Assembly: GCF_006345805.1 (NCBI RefSeq)
Contig: NC_043005.1
Span: 53,134,001-53,198,000 of the forward strand
Length of the DNA: 64,000 bases
Direction: 5' to 3'
Source of the DNA: Octopus sinensis
Taxonomy: Eukaryota
Shown here: positions 39,068 through 53,940 of the stretch, piece by piece
How positions within the stretch are numbered: the first letter of the stretch is position 1
How the letters are laid out: every line of letters begins with the position of its first letter
The notes under the pieces: model-generated
What the model saw: the letters and a program-made list of their open reading frames with translations, nothing else
What the model was told of the DNA's origin: nothing
Databases searched by the model: none
Translations under genes and position numbers: made by a program

Positions 39068-42000
39068 GTGTTTGCACAGCTTCTAATGCTGGAGATGTAC
39101 TACAGTGTCAGCTGTTTGCTACCAGTGAACTAAGGTAACACCTCTTAGTTTTCGAGCACCTTCCGGAGTATTCCAGCTGTTCCAAGCAGTGTTGTTTACA
39201 GCAAGTGCTCCACCCTTATTGCAGCCCCTATTTGTTCAATTTACTTCTCAAGATTTTACTCACTCTTTCCAGGGCTCCGGCAATTATTGGTACTACTACC
39301 ACGTTTTTCATCGTCCACAATTGCTTAACCTCCTAAGTTAACCTGCCATATCTATCGACTTTTCTTTATTCATTATCGCATAGCTTTTTGTCAGCTGGGC
39401 ATGCTATATCTATGATCCAGCTTCGTTTGCTTTCTTTCTCAAATAACACTATGTCTGACTTTTTATTCTCTATCTCAGAGTCGCACTGAATCATAGAATT
39501 TCATAGAGTCTTTGCATTATCATTTTCGACGATGCCTTCGGGTTTATGTTGTACCACGTTTTTGCTCTGACAGAGTGTTCAATGGACAATCCTTGCTATA
39601 TTGTCATGACGTCTCTTATATTCTTCCTGGGCTAGTGGCATACATTGAGTGGCAATATGCCATACGGTTTCACAATTTTGTCCACAATATCTACACCTAT
39701 CACTTTCTGATGTGTTGTTTATTCCGTATTTGATGTAATATGTTCTTAACGCTTGCTCTTGGGCAGCACAGATTAGAGTCTCCGTTTCCGGTTTTAAATC
39801 ACTTTCAGGCATCCATAGCCATCTATTATCTCTGTCTTATCTTCAACATCCATATGAAATTGTCCATGCCTTCTTTTCATTATGCACCTATTTTCAGTTT
39901 CATTCTTTCTGAAGTCCTTGTATGATGATTTATCTGTGCAATCTTCCATCTTACACAATCCTGACCATTTTACTTCCAATAACAGTGATTTTTTGGCATT
40001 TTTATATACCATGCTATGTTGTTTTCACCTGTTCTAATGCTGTGTTCGCATTCAATCAGTCCTCTTACCCCTGTTTTTCTTAGTACATACAGTCTGTCTG
40101 TGTCACTTTTTGGGTGGACTATCCCATATGTAGTCAGCAACTTCCTTGCCTTTCTAAGCTGTTTAACTCATCTACTGTCCTTGCGATTACCCCTGCTCCA
40201 TATACGAGGAGTGAAACCTCCCAGGTGTTGATAGCTTCAATTTTATTCCGTCCGTTTAATTTCGACTTAAGGATCAGTCTCTGTCTGCGCAAGTACTTCA
40301 CCTTGAATTTTTCTGTCATTTCTTCCTCCATGAATTTATCCATTTCCAATATCCCTAAGTACTAATTGCCCGTCTCTTCTGTCTACTTCATAACCTCGCG
40401 CAACGGTTTCGCTAGCCCGTTCATATATTTGATTTTGCCTCTCTTCAAGACTAACACACCGCACTTTTTCAGTCCGAGCTCCATTCTGATGTCAGCACTG
40501 AAAGTACACACCGTATCAACAAGGAAACTGACTTGGGATTTATCTTCACCATAAAGTTTGAGGTCATCCATGAATAACATTTGGTTTACGTTTTGTTGGC
40601 GGCTTTTGAATACATACTCAGCCTTTGTTATCCTCAGAACCAATGTTAGTGGTATCATGCACATTACAAGGATCAATGGGGACAGGCAATCCCCTTGGAA
40701 GGTGCCACTGCTGATTTCTATCGTCCCTAAACTTCTTCTATATGCTGTCAGTTCCGTTCTCAACTTCGCCATACTGTTTCCAAACAATCACTCAACATTC
40801 GATGCAGTACCAAATAGGTTCACACATTCCATAATCCAAGAATGTGGGAACATATCGTACGCCTTATGATAATCTATCCATGACATGGCTAAGTTACTTT
40901 TCCTCCTATTTCAGTCTCTAAGTACAGTTTTGTCGACCAGGAGTTGATCCTTGGTATTTCTGCACTTACGCTTGCAACTCTTCTGTTCATGCGGCAGGAC
41001 TCCACTTTTTCCCAGATGTTCGTACATTGACTGTAAGTATTCCAGTCAATAATTTCCACATAAGTGACAAGCAGGATACTGGCCTGTAACTGTCTACCGT
41101 ATTGCCTTTTTCGATGCTTTTAAAGCACAGCACTGTCCTACCCATTATCAACCACTCTGGTGTTACTTGGTCGGCATTTAAGAAGGTGTTGAGTTGTGCA
41201 GCTATTCGTGCATGACCTTCACCAAATCTTTTGATCCAGTAGCCTTGAACTCCATCTGGCCCCGGGGCCTTCCAGTTGTCCATTTTTTTTGCTGGTTTCC
41301 TTCACTTCCCTAACTGAAATCACTAGCTCTGCTCGTTTTGTACAGACTGCTGTTTGTTTCAGTTCTCGCAACATCTTTCTTGTGTTCCTTCTCTTTACTC
41401 CATATGTCATTCCAAAACCCTTGACTTTCAATGTTATCTGGTATCAACTTTTCATCTGTACACTCTCCATTTATTCCTTTGTACAATCTCTTCTGATCTA
41501 CTCTGAATAACCTATTCTGCTGGTAACTCTTCATTCTTTGATCGTATCTTACCACCTTCGCTTTCCTTGCAACGAGGAGCTGCTTCAGTTCCTCCATCAC
41601 CACTTTCAGGCCCTTGCACTGTATTTTTGTTTGCTTTTAAGCTCCACCTTTTCTTTTCGTTTTACCACAGAACTGTCCATCGAGAGGATATCTAACCTCG
41701 CCTGTATTCTTCTTTTCTGCCGTGGATCTTTTATTTTGTTACTCCCATTATATTTCTTTTTCTTGACATCAACACCCACATTTTCTGATACAACAATACT
41801 TGTTGCCTTGATCAAATTATTTGTTTCTGTGATGATTTTTGTTCTAATGTATTTCAGAATTTCATTCACATTTTTCGTTTCTTGGTTTGATTTCCATCGA
41901 TCAACCTTTTACAGTTGCACATAATTTCTATCGTTCTCCTGCTGCGTTGCCTTTATTCTTTCGTAGATTGCCTTTTGCCCATCTATCATGTCACCATTAA

Positions 42001-42430
42001 TTTTATTGTCTTCTTCCAAACCATCTACATGTCTCTCATCGAGCAAGCTATCACAGTTCCTTTCCTGTTGTTTATTGGATATCTCACCTCTGTTTCCTGC
42101 TACGAGACTACTTTTATCAGTAGGAACTGTATTTTCATCATTTCCTCTGTTGCTGTTTTTCCATATGCGTCTTTTGATAGCTTCGGGCCCTACTTCACTT
42201 AACCAACGATATTTTCTTATTGCTCTCGCTTGATCACATAATCTCTGTTCTGTGAGTTGAAACAATCCTCTTTCTCTCCATTGATCATGCATACGTTGTC
42301 GGTATCGCCTAAGATGAACACCATTTTCATCTACGGGGTTACTCAGGTAGTAACACTCTTCCATGACCACAGCATTGACTTGTTTGTTTCATCCACGCTG
42401 TGTGTGGTGGTCCCTTGCTGGATAACGACA
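39068..42430 (-). mobile_element. Near full-length, decayed Dong/R4-type LINE (family gamma, D4); 5' UTR may extend to the (TTA)n at 42976
   Basis: [91 protein letters not shown]; stop at 39145. Confidence 0.9.
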
Positions 42431-42974
42431 GACTGGAGTCGGACCAGTATCTCTGAGCCTGCCGGGTGTAACACTGTCACCATCAAGGACTTCAGTTTCA
42501 TTACCACTGTTATTCACAATATTTTGTTTATTCATTGTCATTCATATGAGGTAGCGATTATCAGGTTGCGCAATTACCAAAAAGTTAAAGAGATAAGTGT
42601 CTGCTAATATATACAAACTTCACAATTACAAAATCTGTAAACCACAGCAAAATTTACATAAATAAAAAGAAACATTTCAAAGAAAAATATTCAGAAATTC
42701 AAAAATTCAACGAGGTGAACATCAGTATATATACATATAATTATTTTTTTTCCTATCAGTAATTTAAAATAGAATAAGGTGAATTGGTTCTTTTCAAGGC
42801 CAAGGTCAGCCGTCTCATTGATCGTAGTACTAGTAAACACATTTGACCTCTGCTGACACCAAGTGTGTGAGGCTGCTTTTGTCTTCTTATCGTACATGAA
42901 TGCTCATTGCTGATCTCTTCGTCATCTGCCGAATCTATTTGCAGACTTGTGGAATTTAATCTATTCCCCAAGCC

Positions 42975-43014
<40 letters not shown>

Positions 43015-43206
43015 TATTATTATTATTATTATTATTATGTTATCGATTTGTCTCCTTCCCCCGAGATTGCTGGCCTTGTGTCAAAACTTGAAACCAATAT
43101 TATATGAATATTTTCCCTGTCAGAGATCGTCAGAATGCATAAGATGTAACATTTTTAAAGACTTTCAGGGTCTTTAGCTGCTTTATTATAAGTTAGCGAC
43201 TATCCC

Positions 43207-43640
43207 GGATCTTTTCAGCAGTTTTTAAAAAATAATTTTAACTAATAACGTAACTAAACACTTTTAAATTTCGTATACTGGTAGAATGTGTTTATAAAAC
43301 ATCTTTTTCACTTGGCTTTATTGAGAAAATTCTATAATTTGTAAGATATTTGTTGTTTTTTCTTTAATTTCTGCAATTTCAACTAATCAATGACGTCTGT
43401 TGAGGTGAGAACATTCTGTGCCGTATGAATATGTCCCTCGTTTAAGAAACAGATTGGGTTTATTTACATTTCTGAAGAAAAAAGATACCCTTCCCCCCAC
43501 CCCTAACCCTAACCTTAACCCAAACTAACCCTAACCCTAAAACAGATTGAAATACAATAACTCGATACTAGGGTCATAATTATGGATGACAATTTCATAT
43601 GACACCGCTAGAAAAAACTGCGGTCCAAACGAAAATATCT
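43207..43640. mobile_element. Second, more decayed copy of the 434-bp CCCTAA-containing MITE
   Basis: body aligns to 27050-27483; degenerate 8-bp TSD ACTATCCC / GCTATCTC. Confidence 0.85.
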
Positions 43641-44587
43641 GCTATCTCTTTATCTCTGTGTATGTTAACTTACAATGGAATAAATGCTTAACAACCTCTT
43701 TTAATATCAAGTGCGAAATGACCAAGTGACACTGTATGGTTCTTGTGTGTGGGATATTAAATAAAAGAAGGGGTAGTATGCACTGCATGAAACTGAGTGC
43801 GGTTGTAGTGGTTGAGATTGTTATGCGAAATACTCATCTGGGGCTATTTTGAATAAAATACAGAAAAAGCCAGAAGATATTTGTACTTGAAAATATAGAG
43901 AGAGACAAAGTGATCACACACCATCTGGTTTAATCGAAAGCAACCAATCACAAACCAGTCAACTACGATGCTGTGCTAAATAAAGAACAGCACAGATACT
44001 TAACGAATTAAAGATACAGTCCTAACGATCCCAAACGAAAGCAAAACAAGAACACATTGATACATACCAACATACTTACATACATACATACATATATACG
44101 TGCAAACACACACACATGCACACACAGAGCTATGTATGTGTTTGAATGTATGTTCATTTATATCATTTGTGTGTACATACATTCACACAACCGCGCACAT
44201 ATTTATACGCATACCAAATATGCATATATGTGTGAGTATTTGCATATGTGTATATGTGTGTATGAGTGTTTATGGACAATAGAATAATAAATACATCAAC
44301 GGAATGGAATGAACAAATCCTTATTTCGGACTCTTAAATAGTTTTTGCTGTTGCTTTTTTTCTTACTTAACCAACATTTATGAAAAAAAAAAAAAAAATT
44401 CAAAAAACACATAAAAAAGCAGAAATTATGCAAAATGGCCGAGGGATATAGTTTTTTTTTTGAAGCTAAGTAAAATGAAATAAAGAAAAGTAAACTTCAA
44501 GTGAGAAATAGAGATACAAAAAGAATAAAAAAATAAAAATATGAAACCAAAAATATTCTGTCAAAATATAAAAAAATGCAGCCAACC

Positions 44588-44908
<321 letters not shown>

Positions 44909-44958
44909 ATATCTATCTTTCTCCCTACCTGTCTATCTATCTATCTATCTGTCTATCG

Positions 44959-45029
<71 letters not shown>

Positions 45030-45086
45030 CATCTATCTATCTATCTATCTATCTATCTGTCTATCTATCTATCTATCTATCTATCT

Positions 45087-45697
45087 CGGGAAGGAAGAGC
45101 TATTTTTATCATACTTGTGGCTATGGCGAAAGAATGTATCTGGTGGACGCGCCTGAAAGGATTAGAGACAAACACTTTCCTCTCTGGTCAATCTCTCATC
45201 AACTTCTTCAAGTATCACTTGAAGAGGAAAGTGAGAGTAGAGAGGCAAGTTTTGTCTAGTGAATGTTTTAAAAAAAGATGGGTGAATGTAGCAAGGATGG
45301 CACATATGAATGACGAAGCCACCTTGACTATGATTCTATGAACCATAAAAATTAATACAGAGAGTTGCTTATTTGCAAAAAAAAGAAATATAACATGTGA
45401 CTTCATTGACCGAGGTTACCGTGGTCTTTTCCGTAGGCTTTTCTTTCCACGGGTAAACCTCACCTGTCCTCCCCTTTACACTTCATATTAACATTTCTGT
45501 GATAACGATCCCTATTATTCATTTTTTTTTCTCTCACCCCCCCTTTTTAACCCCTCCCATTTTTTTGTCCTTTTTCCTTCCTTTTACGATCCCTTTTGAT
45601 CGAAAACCACCACTCTCCTTTTTTTACCCCCAAAAGAAAAGCTCTACCTTGTAATTTGTTCTATCTGTGTGCAGCCCTGTGTGGCTAATAAAGAAAC
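45087..45697 (+). mobile_element. 5'-truncated Tx1-like copy T4 in (CTAT)n
   Basis: intact C-terminal frame REGRAIFIILVAMAKECIWWTRLKGLETNTFLSGQSLINFFKYHLKRK..TMIL plus 3' UTR. Confidence 0.92.
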
Positions 45698-45698
45698 A

Positions 45699-45790
<92 letters not shown>

Positions 45791-45793
<3 letters not shown>

Positions 45794-45969
45794 TTATTTA
45801 ATTATTTTTTTTTGTTCTTTTCTTCCCTTTTACGATCCCTCTTGATCGAAAACCTACCCCACTACCTTTTTTTTCTTTTGTTTTTTTGTTTTTTTCATCC
45901 CCCAAAAGAAAAGCTCTACCTTGTAACTTGTCCCATCTGTGTGCAGCCCTGTGTGGCCAATAAAGAAAC
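45791..45969 (+). mobile_element. Tx1-like 3' UTR-only copy T5 (T2 subfamily) in (CTAT)n
   Basis: aligns to T2 12540-12710. Confidence 0.88.
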
Positions 45970-46043
<74 letters not shown>

Positions 46044-46170
46044 GTCTGTCATGGCTACTTGTATGCATGCGTGCGCGTAAATCGGTGCTATTGCTTAACC
46101 CTGCTCAACTCTCATAGAACTCTCGTCCTTTAAATGAGTCTATCATTTTCTTATGTAATGTACGTGTGTA

Positions 46171-46386
46171 AGGCGGCGAGCTGACTGAATCTTTATAACG
46201 CCGGGCGAAATGCTTAGCGGCATTTCGTCCGTCATCATGTTCTGAGTACAAATTTCACGGAGGTCGTCTTTCCTTTTCATCCTTTCAGGGGTCGATGAAA
46301 TAAGTACCAGTTGAATGCTGGTGTCGATCTTATCGACTAACCCCCATCCCCGAAAATTTCATTCATTCGGCCTATAGTAGAAAGGA
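46171..46386 (+). mobile_element. SINE family A (tail type 2) with 12-bp TSD
   Basis: TTATGTAATGTA at 46151-46162 and 46387-46398. Confidence 0.8.
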
Positions 46387-46720
46387 TTATGTAATGTATG
46401 CACCCCTTTCAAACAAATTTGACTGCTATTTCTTGTAAGTAGAGAGAATGAGAAGCTAACTCGTTGGTTTCGTTTTATGTTTGTATGTATGCCTCCATAA
46501 ATATGGTAAGTATTTGCATATTTTTAATCTTTTTATTGATCTATATACGCATACATGCACACATACATTTTATACACTTATACATAATGTGTATGCATGT
46601 GTATGTTATGTGTCTATACTAGAGAACTTAGACATTCATAATTGCATAATGACAGACACAAACATGCATACACACATCGTTGTACATTATTTAACTATCT
46701 ATCTGTCTATCCATCTATCC

Positions 46721-46786
<66 letters not shown>

Positions 46787-46805
46787 TTATCTGTCTGTCT
46801 GTCTT

Positions 46806-46839
<34 letters not shown>

Positions 46840-46914
46840 GTCTATCTATGCGTCTATTTGTTAGTCTGTCTGTCTGCCTATCTGTCTGTTAGCTTGTTTG
46901 TCTATTGTCTGTTG

Positions 46915-46974
<60 letters not shown>

Positions 46975-47664
46975 CCCTCTCTCTCTCTCTTTCTCTCTAT
47001 CTATCAACGCACACTCGCATGTAGATAAGTATGTAGTTATGTACGTATATATGCAAAAGCACTTTTCACAGTAATAAACTATATATATGTAAGTTTAGTG
47101 AATAATTTTATAAAGCAAAAGAACTAAAGGTTAGATCTAAAGAATAAATTGTTGTTTTCTTTTTCAATCAAACAATTTTCTCGGCCAAGCATTACTGCAA
47201 CTGAACAGAAGACAAACTACACACACGAAAACATCCACACAAATACACAATCGAATACAATACATGTTCACATACACATACACACAACCTGACATATGTA
47301 CACAAGCCTTAGTCTATAATGTACTCTTGTTCAATTCCCAAACCCCACCAAAATTCGAAGACAAAAATCAGCGAAATATATTCTTCAAAAACTCTGGTTA
47401 CCTTTTTTTTAAAAGCAATCTTACATGTATGAGGTAGTAAAAAGTTAATTGGTGTATGATTATTTCAATGCATATTAAAGAGAATCTTGATTTGCTATAG
47501 CAAAATCAGTTACTCTACCCACTTCATGTATAAATTAATGCTTCTTTTAAACAAAAAAAAATGTTCTTTTATCTTAGTTTTATTTAAGCATATTTTCACA
47601 CATTTCCCAAATGGGCATCTCCATACAGCTATATAACAAGAACTTGCTAACGTCCCATACTTTT

Positions 47665-47994
47665 GCCCTTCTTCTTCTTCTTCTCTTCTTCTTCTTCTTT
47701 CTTCTTCTTCTCTTCTTCTTACTTCTTCTTCTCTTCTTCTCTTCTTTCTCTTCTTCTTCTTATCTTCTTCTTCTTCTTCTTTTTTTTCTCTTCTTCTTCT
47801 CTTTTCTTCTTTTTCTTCTTTCTTTCTCTTTTTTCTTCTCTTCTTCTTACTTCTTCTTTTTCTTTTTCTTCTTCTCTTCTTTTTTTCTTTTCTTTTTCTT
47901 CTTCTTCTTCGTTTTTTTTCTTCTTTTCTTCTTTTCTCTTTTTTCTTTCTTCTTTTCTTTCTCTTCTTTCTTCTTTTCTTTCTTTTTCTTCTTC

Positions 47995-48030
<36 letters not shown>

Positions 48031-48060
48031 TTCTTCTTCTTCTTCTTCTTCTTCCTTTTC
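47665..48060. repeat. (CTT)n/(CAT)n polypyrimidine microsatellite
   Basis: direct reading. Confidence 0.95.
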
Positions 48061-48436
48061 TTCTCCTAAATTATCGTGGTTAAAATGAAGGTCTTTGAAG
48101 AACACACATACATTCGCTATATACGCATGTATATGTATATATGCATATGTGTGTGTGTGAGCGTGTGTGTGTAATTGTGTGTATATACATAAACATACAT
48201 AATTATTCATAATAATGCTTATAAAAATGAGTAAATATATGTGAATTTATATAAGTTTATAAATATACATAACCGAGCACGTATGCACATATGAAACTAG
48301 AAGCGCACGCATACACAGCCACCTACATGTATATATATGTATATATATGCATGTATATATATGTATATATATGCATGTATACATATATATATATATAAGT
48401 ATACATGTATGTATGTGTATAGATTATTATTATACA

Positions 48437-48510
<74 letters not shown>

Positions 48511-49067
48511 GTATGTATATATATATATATACTATATATATAAATTATATATATTATACTAAGCATATGCTCGCATACGTACTCTTAGAGTTTGAAGTGC
48601 AAATGAATTTTCATTTGAAATAAGAATATATTTCATACAAATGTTTCTTTGGATTAAATCAACTACATTTTCACACATATCTGCAGAATGATTTGCATGT
48701 TTATTTGATTATATGCAAAGCAATCAAATGATTTTATGTAATGTCGATGAGCTGTTGTTTTTGTTGTTGTTGTTGTTGGTGTTGGTGTAGGTGGTGGCTG
48801 TAATGCTGATGCTGATGCTGATGGTGGGGGGTGAGTGTTACTTTATCGAATTTCCCACATGCACTGCATAACATGTCCATAGATGAATACATAATCAAAC
48901 TTAAAAACATATTACACATCACTCATATACAGACACATAAATGCAGAAAACAGTCTTCATTCGTATACATTTTTTAAAACAGAAATACACACCTATTTAG
49001 ACACATACTCCTAGAGGTATGTGCGTTTAAGTGAGGGGTCAATGTATGTACGTAGGTATGGATGTTG

Positions 49068-49102
<35 letters not shown>

Positions 49103-49271
49103 TATAGTATATACATATAAATGTGTATATATGTATATATATATATATATATATATACATATATGTATGTATATGCATATAAATGTGTATATATGTGCAT
49201 GCATATATATATATATATATATATAATATACATATAAATGTATATATATATATATGTATATATGTGCATGC

Positions 49272-49304
<33 letters not shown>

Positions 49305-49602
49305 AGTATACATGTATATGTATGTGTATAGATATAATTATATACATACATACATACATATATATGTATATAATATATATATACATATCTATATATATAT
49401 ATCATATATATATATATAAACTATGAATATATACATATTAACACATAGATTCATTATATGTATACATTCATTTAAACATACCTATACACATATATACGCA
49501 TACACCCACACTCGCACACATATACACATATATGTATGTTGGTATGTGTCTATGCATACGTAGGTTTAAGTAAATCTATGTGTAAATTTATATATGAGCG
49601 CA

Positions 49603-49648
<46 letters not shown>

Positions 49649-50042
49649 CACACAGTCACATCCACTCAAATGTGCATATACATAATGCCAAATTAAGACT
49701 AGTTCTGGGAAATTTATTTTTTATATAAATTCATGATAAGAAACATTTAAGAAATTTAACTTTACAAATAAAGTTGATTGCAATACAATTCATTAGTATA
49801 ATGTAATTATGACAAAACTTCCCACTCTTGAACTAATATTCAGTAATTGAATGTGGTTGAATGTGGTTGAATTGGGAAGCTGTGCAGGGATTGAGCGACA
49901 TAAATATTCTTCGAGTTGCGTGACATGTAGCCAACAACAGTGCTTTTCAAACTATGTGATGAGGCGTACCGGCAGGTTTCTTTTCCAATCTTCCAAGAAC
50001 CTGTAATGATTCTCAGTAATATTAATTTATATCGGAATATCT

Positions 50043-50386
50043 CTGAGACCCCCTTCGTTCGGTCATGACTGACCGTGAGATTGCACCTAGAAAGTTACCC
50101 TCCCAGGTACAAGTCCGGGCAAGGTTGTTTATGGAAGACCAGCGAGCAGTTGCTCATGCATACCAGCCTCCCCCTCTCAACGCCACCAGTGTTATCCAAG
50201 GGAAAGGCAAAATGCCGATACAGCTTGGCACCTGTGACGTCACAACTCATTTCTACAGCTGAGTGAACTGGAGCAACATGAACTAAAGTGTCTTGCTCAA
50301 GAACACAACACGCAGCCCGGTCCGGGATTCGAACTCACAATCACACGATCGTAAGCTCGACGCTCTAACCACTGAGCCATGCACCT
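50043..50386 (-). mobile_element. SINE family C, long copy
   Basis: rc GGTGCATGGCTCAGTGGTTAGAGCG..GAGTTCGAATCCCGG..CTTGAGCAAGACACTT..CTCCAGTTCACTCAGCTG; left boundary uncertain. Confidence 0.75.
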
Positions 50387-50455
50387 TCATCGGAATATAT
50401 ATATATATATATATATATATATCTATATATATTATATATATAATATATATATATA

Positions 50456-50496
<41 letters not shown>

Positions 50497-50524
50497 ATAT
50501 ATATATATATATATATATTAATAT

Positions 50525-50558
<34 letters not shown>

Positions 50559-50699
50559 ATATATTATATAATATATATATATATTATATATATATAATAA
50601 AAGTTGACAATACAATAAAAGTTAATGTTTTAAGTCTTAGTTTTGTAAACAAATACTACAATATCACATAAGCATTTTATAATGTTTCTTTCTTTTCTG

Positions 50700-51090
50700 G
50701 AAACTCGCCGCGTACCAGCAGCTGATGGCTCTCGGACCGGCACCGGTGTGTGGATCACCACTTTGAGTAGTAGTGGCCTACAGGATTATCAACCGTAGCA
50801 CTAAGATGTTCACTTTTAAAATATCCGAAAAATGAAAATGACGAATATATTTTATTCAGACAACTAAATTTCATCTTTTGAATTAATGTATATTTTCAAC
50901 AGTAATATGAAAACTGTGTTTTGAGCGGTTTCATCTGCAATCGTCTTCTGCTCCGTTATTCCTCTTGATACGCACAGACGTGGATGTAAGATATTCCTCG
51001 ATTGGAATAACAAGCGTGTCCATGTATCTAGAAGTTTGCTTCCGGTTTGACGACGTCGTTCGTATTCTTGCTCTGTGCGCTGTGAGTTAT
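50700..51090. promoter_or_regulatory. CpG-rich unique region, candidate promoter / first exon(s)
   Basis: local CpG enrichment, ETS-like CTTCCGG and GACGTC at ~51038-51060, strong + strand donor GCT|GTGAGT at ~51080. Confidence 0.35.
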
Positions 51091-52104
51091 CGTTTTTATT
51101 GTTGAAAGCCATGTAATTGTTGTAAAGTATTGTTGGAAACTGTTATTTTGAACTGTTGCCTGTTTGCATGCTTTGTTGAACTATTTTATTGTACGGTATT
51201 CTAGGGAATAGTAAAATTTCTGTGGCCATTTGGCATTTGTTCATTTGTGGAGTACATTTTTATAATTTAGCCTTTGTAGGTATTGTTGAACTGTGCTCCG
51301 CCCCCAAACGAGGGTGAAGTTTGAACTGTTGTTCCTCTCGAAAGGAAGCAATTTTGATAAGTAAAAAAGAGACAAAACGGAAACCTATAATTATTTTCTT
51401 TTGAAAAAAACCTGTTTTTTCAGCCGCTTTTTTTTTTATTTGGCTTCATTGAGCTGCGCCCCTCCCCTTGACAGGGGTGAGATTTGAACTTATTGCATGT
51501 TAAAAGGAATAAAGAAATTTGGAACTGTGTAAGGAAACCTGTTGTTTTTTTTTGGTGCTTTTTATCACGATCGAAATGTAGGTGGAGATAATAAGGGGAA
51601 AATGCTCTCTCGAAGAGAGTGATGCTTTGAAGGCTAACCAGCCTTCAAAACAAGTCACCACTATACAAACGGAAGATCCCACTGGTGGAGGGGGAAACCA
51701 CCAGGAAATGTTCAAAAGAATTGCAGAGGAGGAGGGCGATGTAAAAATATCGCCTCTCACTTACACAACAGAGAAGATTAAAAAACGTTCTGTTCCAAAG
51801 AAAAAAGATGAAACATGGACCAGAAAAAAACTGAAAAATGCCTGGCACCCATATGGAATGATATTATTTACGTAACAAGAGGAAGGAAATTTGGCACAAT
51901 AGAAGCCAGATTTAGGACAGAGAAGGCCCGCAAGCACTCTGTCAGTCCGTTGTAGACGAGGGAAGTGGTGCTTCTGCCAACCTTTATGTTACTTAACAGG
52001 GAAGACAAAATTAATGTTCTATAAGTAACACGCTCTGCTCCACAAAATTGGCTCGGGCAGAGCATCGCGACCATCATTCAAGCGGCAGCAGAAGGTCTAG
52101 AAAG

Positions 52105-52217
52105 GACTCGCGTGGTACCTTGGGAAAGTGTCTTCTAATATAGTCTCGGGCTGACCAAAGCCTTGTGAGTGGATTTGGTAGAGGGGAAACTGAAAGAAGC
52201 CTGTTGTATATAAATAG

Positions 52218-52259
<42 letters not shown>

Positions 52260-52490
52260 TCGTCTGTTTGTGTCTCTGTGTCTGTGTGTGCTTCCCATCA
52301 CCGTTTGACAACCGGTGTTCGTGTGTTTACGTCCCCGAAACATAGCGGTTCGGCAAAAGTGACCGACAGAATAAGTACTCATCTTAACAAATAAGTCATG
52401 GGGGGGGGGAGATTTGTTCAGCGAAAACACTTTAAGGTGATCTTCTAGTACGACCGCATTCAGATGACTGAAACAAGGGAAAGAATGAAA
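52105..52490 (+). mobile_element. SINE family B lacking most of the head
   Basis: GCGTGGTACCTTGGGAAAGTGTCTT..(TG)n..GACCGACAGAATAAGTAC..GACTGAAACAAG. Confidence 0.8.
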
Positions 52491-52697
52491 GATCATATAC
52501 ATACATAGATTTGAAACCAAGAACTTTAGGTTGATAGTCAAGTTCCTCAGCCACTTCATTGTTACTTGGTGTATGTGTGCGAGAGTAATGCTTGTGCTTT
52601 CCTAAACATGTTTCTACGAATGAAAATATATTGGGATCTGTATGCTCATATTTATGTATGTGGGTGCATGTAGAGATATATATGTGTTTGCATTTAG

Positions 52698-52728
<31 letters not shown>

Positions 52729-53409
52729 ATATTTGTGTGTGTGTCTGTGTATACATACGTGCACGTGTGTATGAATGAATGAACATATATAATTTATATA
52801 CACATATGTCTTTTGCTGTACATACAAGTATATATGATTAATGTAAATTTATATGCTCATATTTAGATATACTTTGTAACACCGATATTTTAATTGTTAT
52901 ATCTTAGAAATTTTTGTTTCTTTTCGTTTCATTTCATTTTATATTTTGCTTAATTTTCAGGAAATGATCAAAGGATATAATTGGTTTAGAAATATCTTCT
53001 GATTTTAGCTAGATATAAATTGAGCTGTTAGTTTCACACTACATTATAACTACACTCGCAACATACTATCACCTTACCCCCATCACACCACACTAGACCG
53101 TATTATACTAATCACATCACTCCACACTTGATCAAATCAGAGCGCAACACATGACAACGCACTACACGACTTCTTGCTTTTTATGTACTACTTCACATTT
53201 CATCTCATCACACGACTATCTTATTAGACCATGCTGAGATCAACTAAATCGTAACGCACCATATCACTTCACGACACAAATCGCTGCATCCGAAAACACA
53301 ACACGGGCCATTGAAGAAGCCTCTACGTGGTCACTTTCCCTCTGCATGTGTGTGTGTGTGTGTATGTCTGTGTGTTAGAAATAGCGACCAAATATTCTTC
53401 AGATTAATA

Positions 53410-53940
53410 TTGATTTAAAATTTTGGCACAGGGCCAGCAATTTCGAGGAGGGGGTATGTCGATTATATCGACACTGCACTCAACTGGTACATATTTTATC
53501 GACCCCAAAAGGATGAAAGGCAAAGTCGATTTCGGTGGCGTTTGAACTCAGGATTCTGCCAGCTCGCCGTATGCATATTAATATTCTTCAAATTAATATT
53601 GGTTTCAAATTTTGGCACAAGGCCAGCAATTTTGGAGTAGGGGTAAGTCGATTACATCAACTCCAGTACTCAACCAGTACTTACTTTATCGACCCCAAAA
53701 GGATGAAAAGCACAGTCGACTTCGGTAGCATTTGAACTCAGGATGTGAAGACGGACGAAATGCCGCTATGCATTTCGCCCAGCGTGCTAATGATTTCTGC
53801 CAGCTCACTGCCTTCAAATTAATATTCAAATTTATATTCTTTTCAAATTTTGGCACAAGGCCTCCAATTTTCGGATAAGGGATAAGTCGATTACATCGAC
53901 CCCAGAGCTCAACGGGTACTTATTTTATCGACCCCGGGAA
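53410..53940 (-). mobile_element. Three head-to-tail SINE A copies (tail type 2)
   Basis: AAATTTTGGCACA.GGCC.CAAT repeated at ~53415, ~53607, ~53845; ATTAATATT at each junction. Confidence 0.8.

Noticed and set aside
51582-51875. 97-aa ORF as a confident CDS
   Set aside because: No recognisable domain, GTG start and a weak donor. Kept only as part of the candidate promoter finding.
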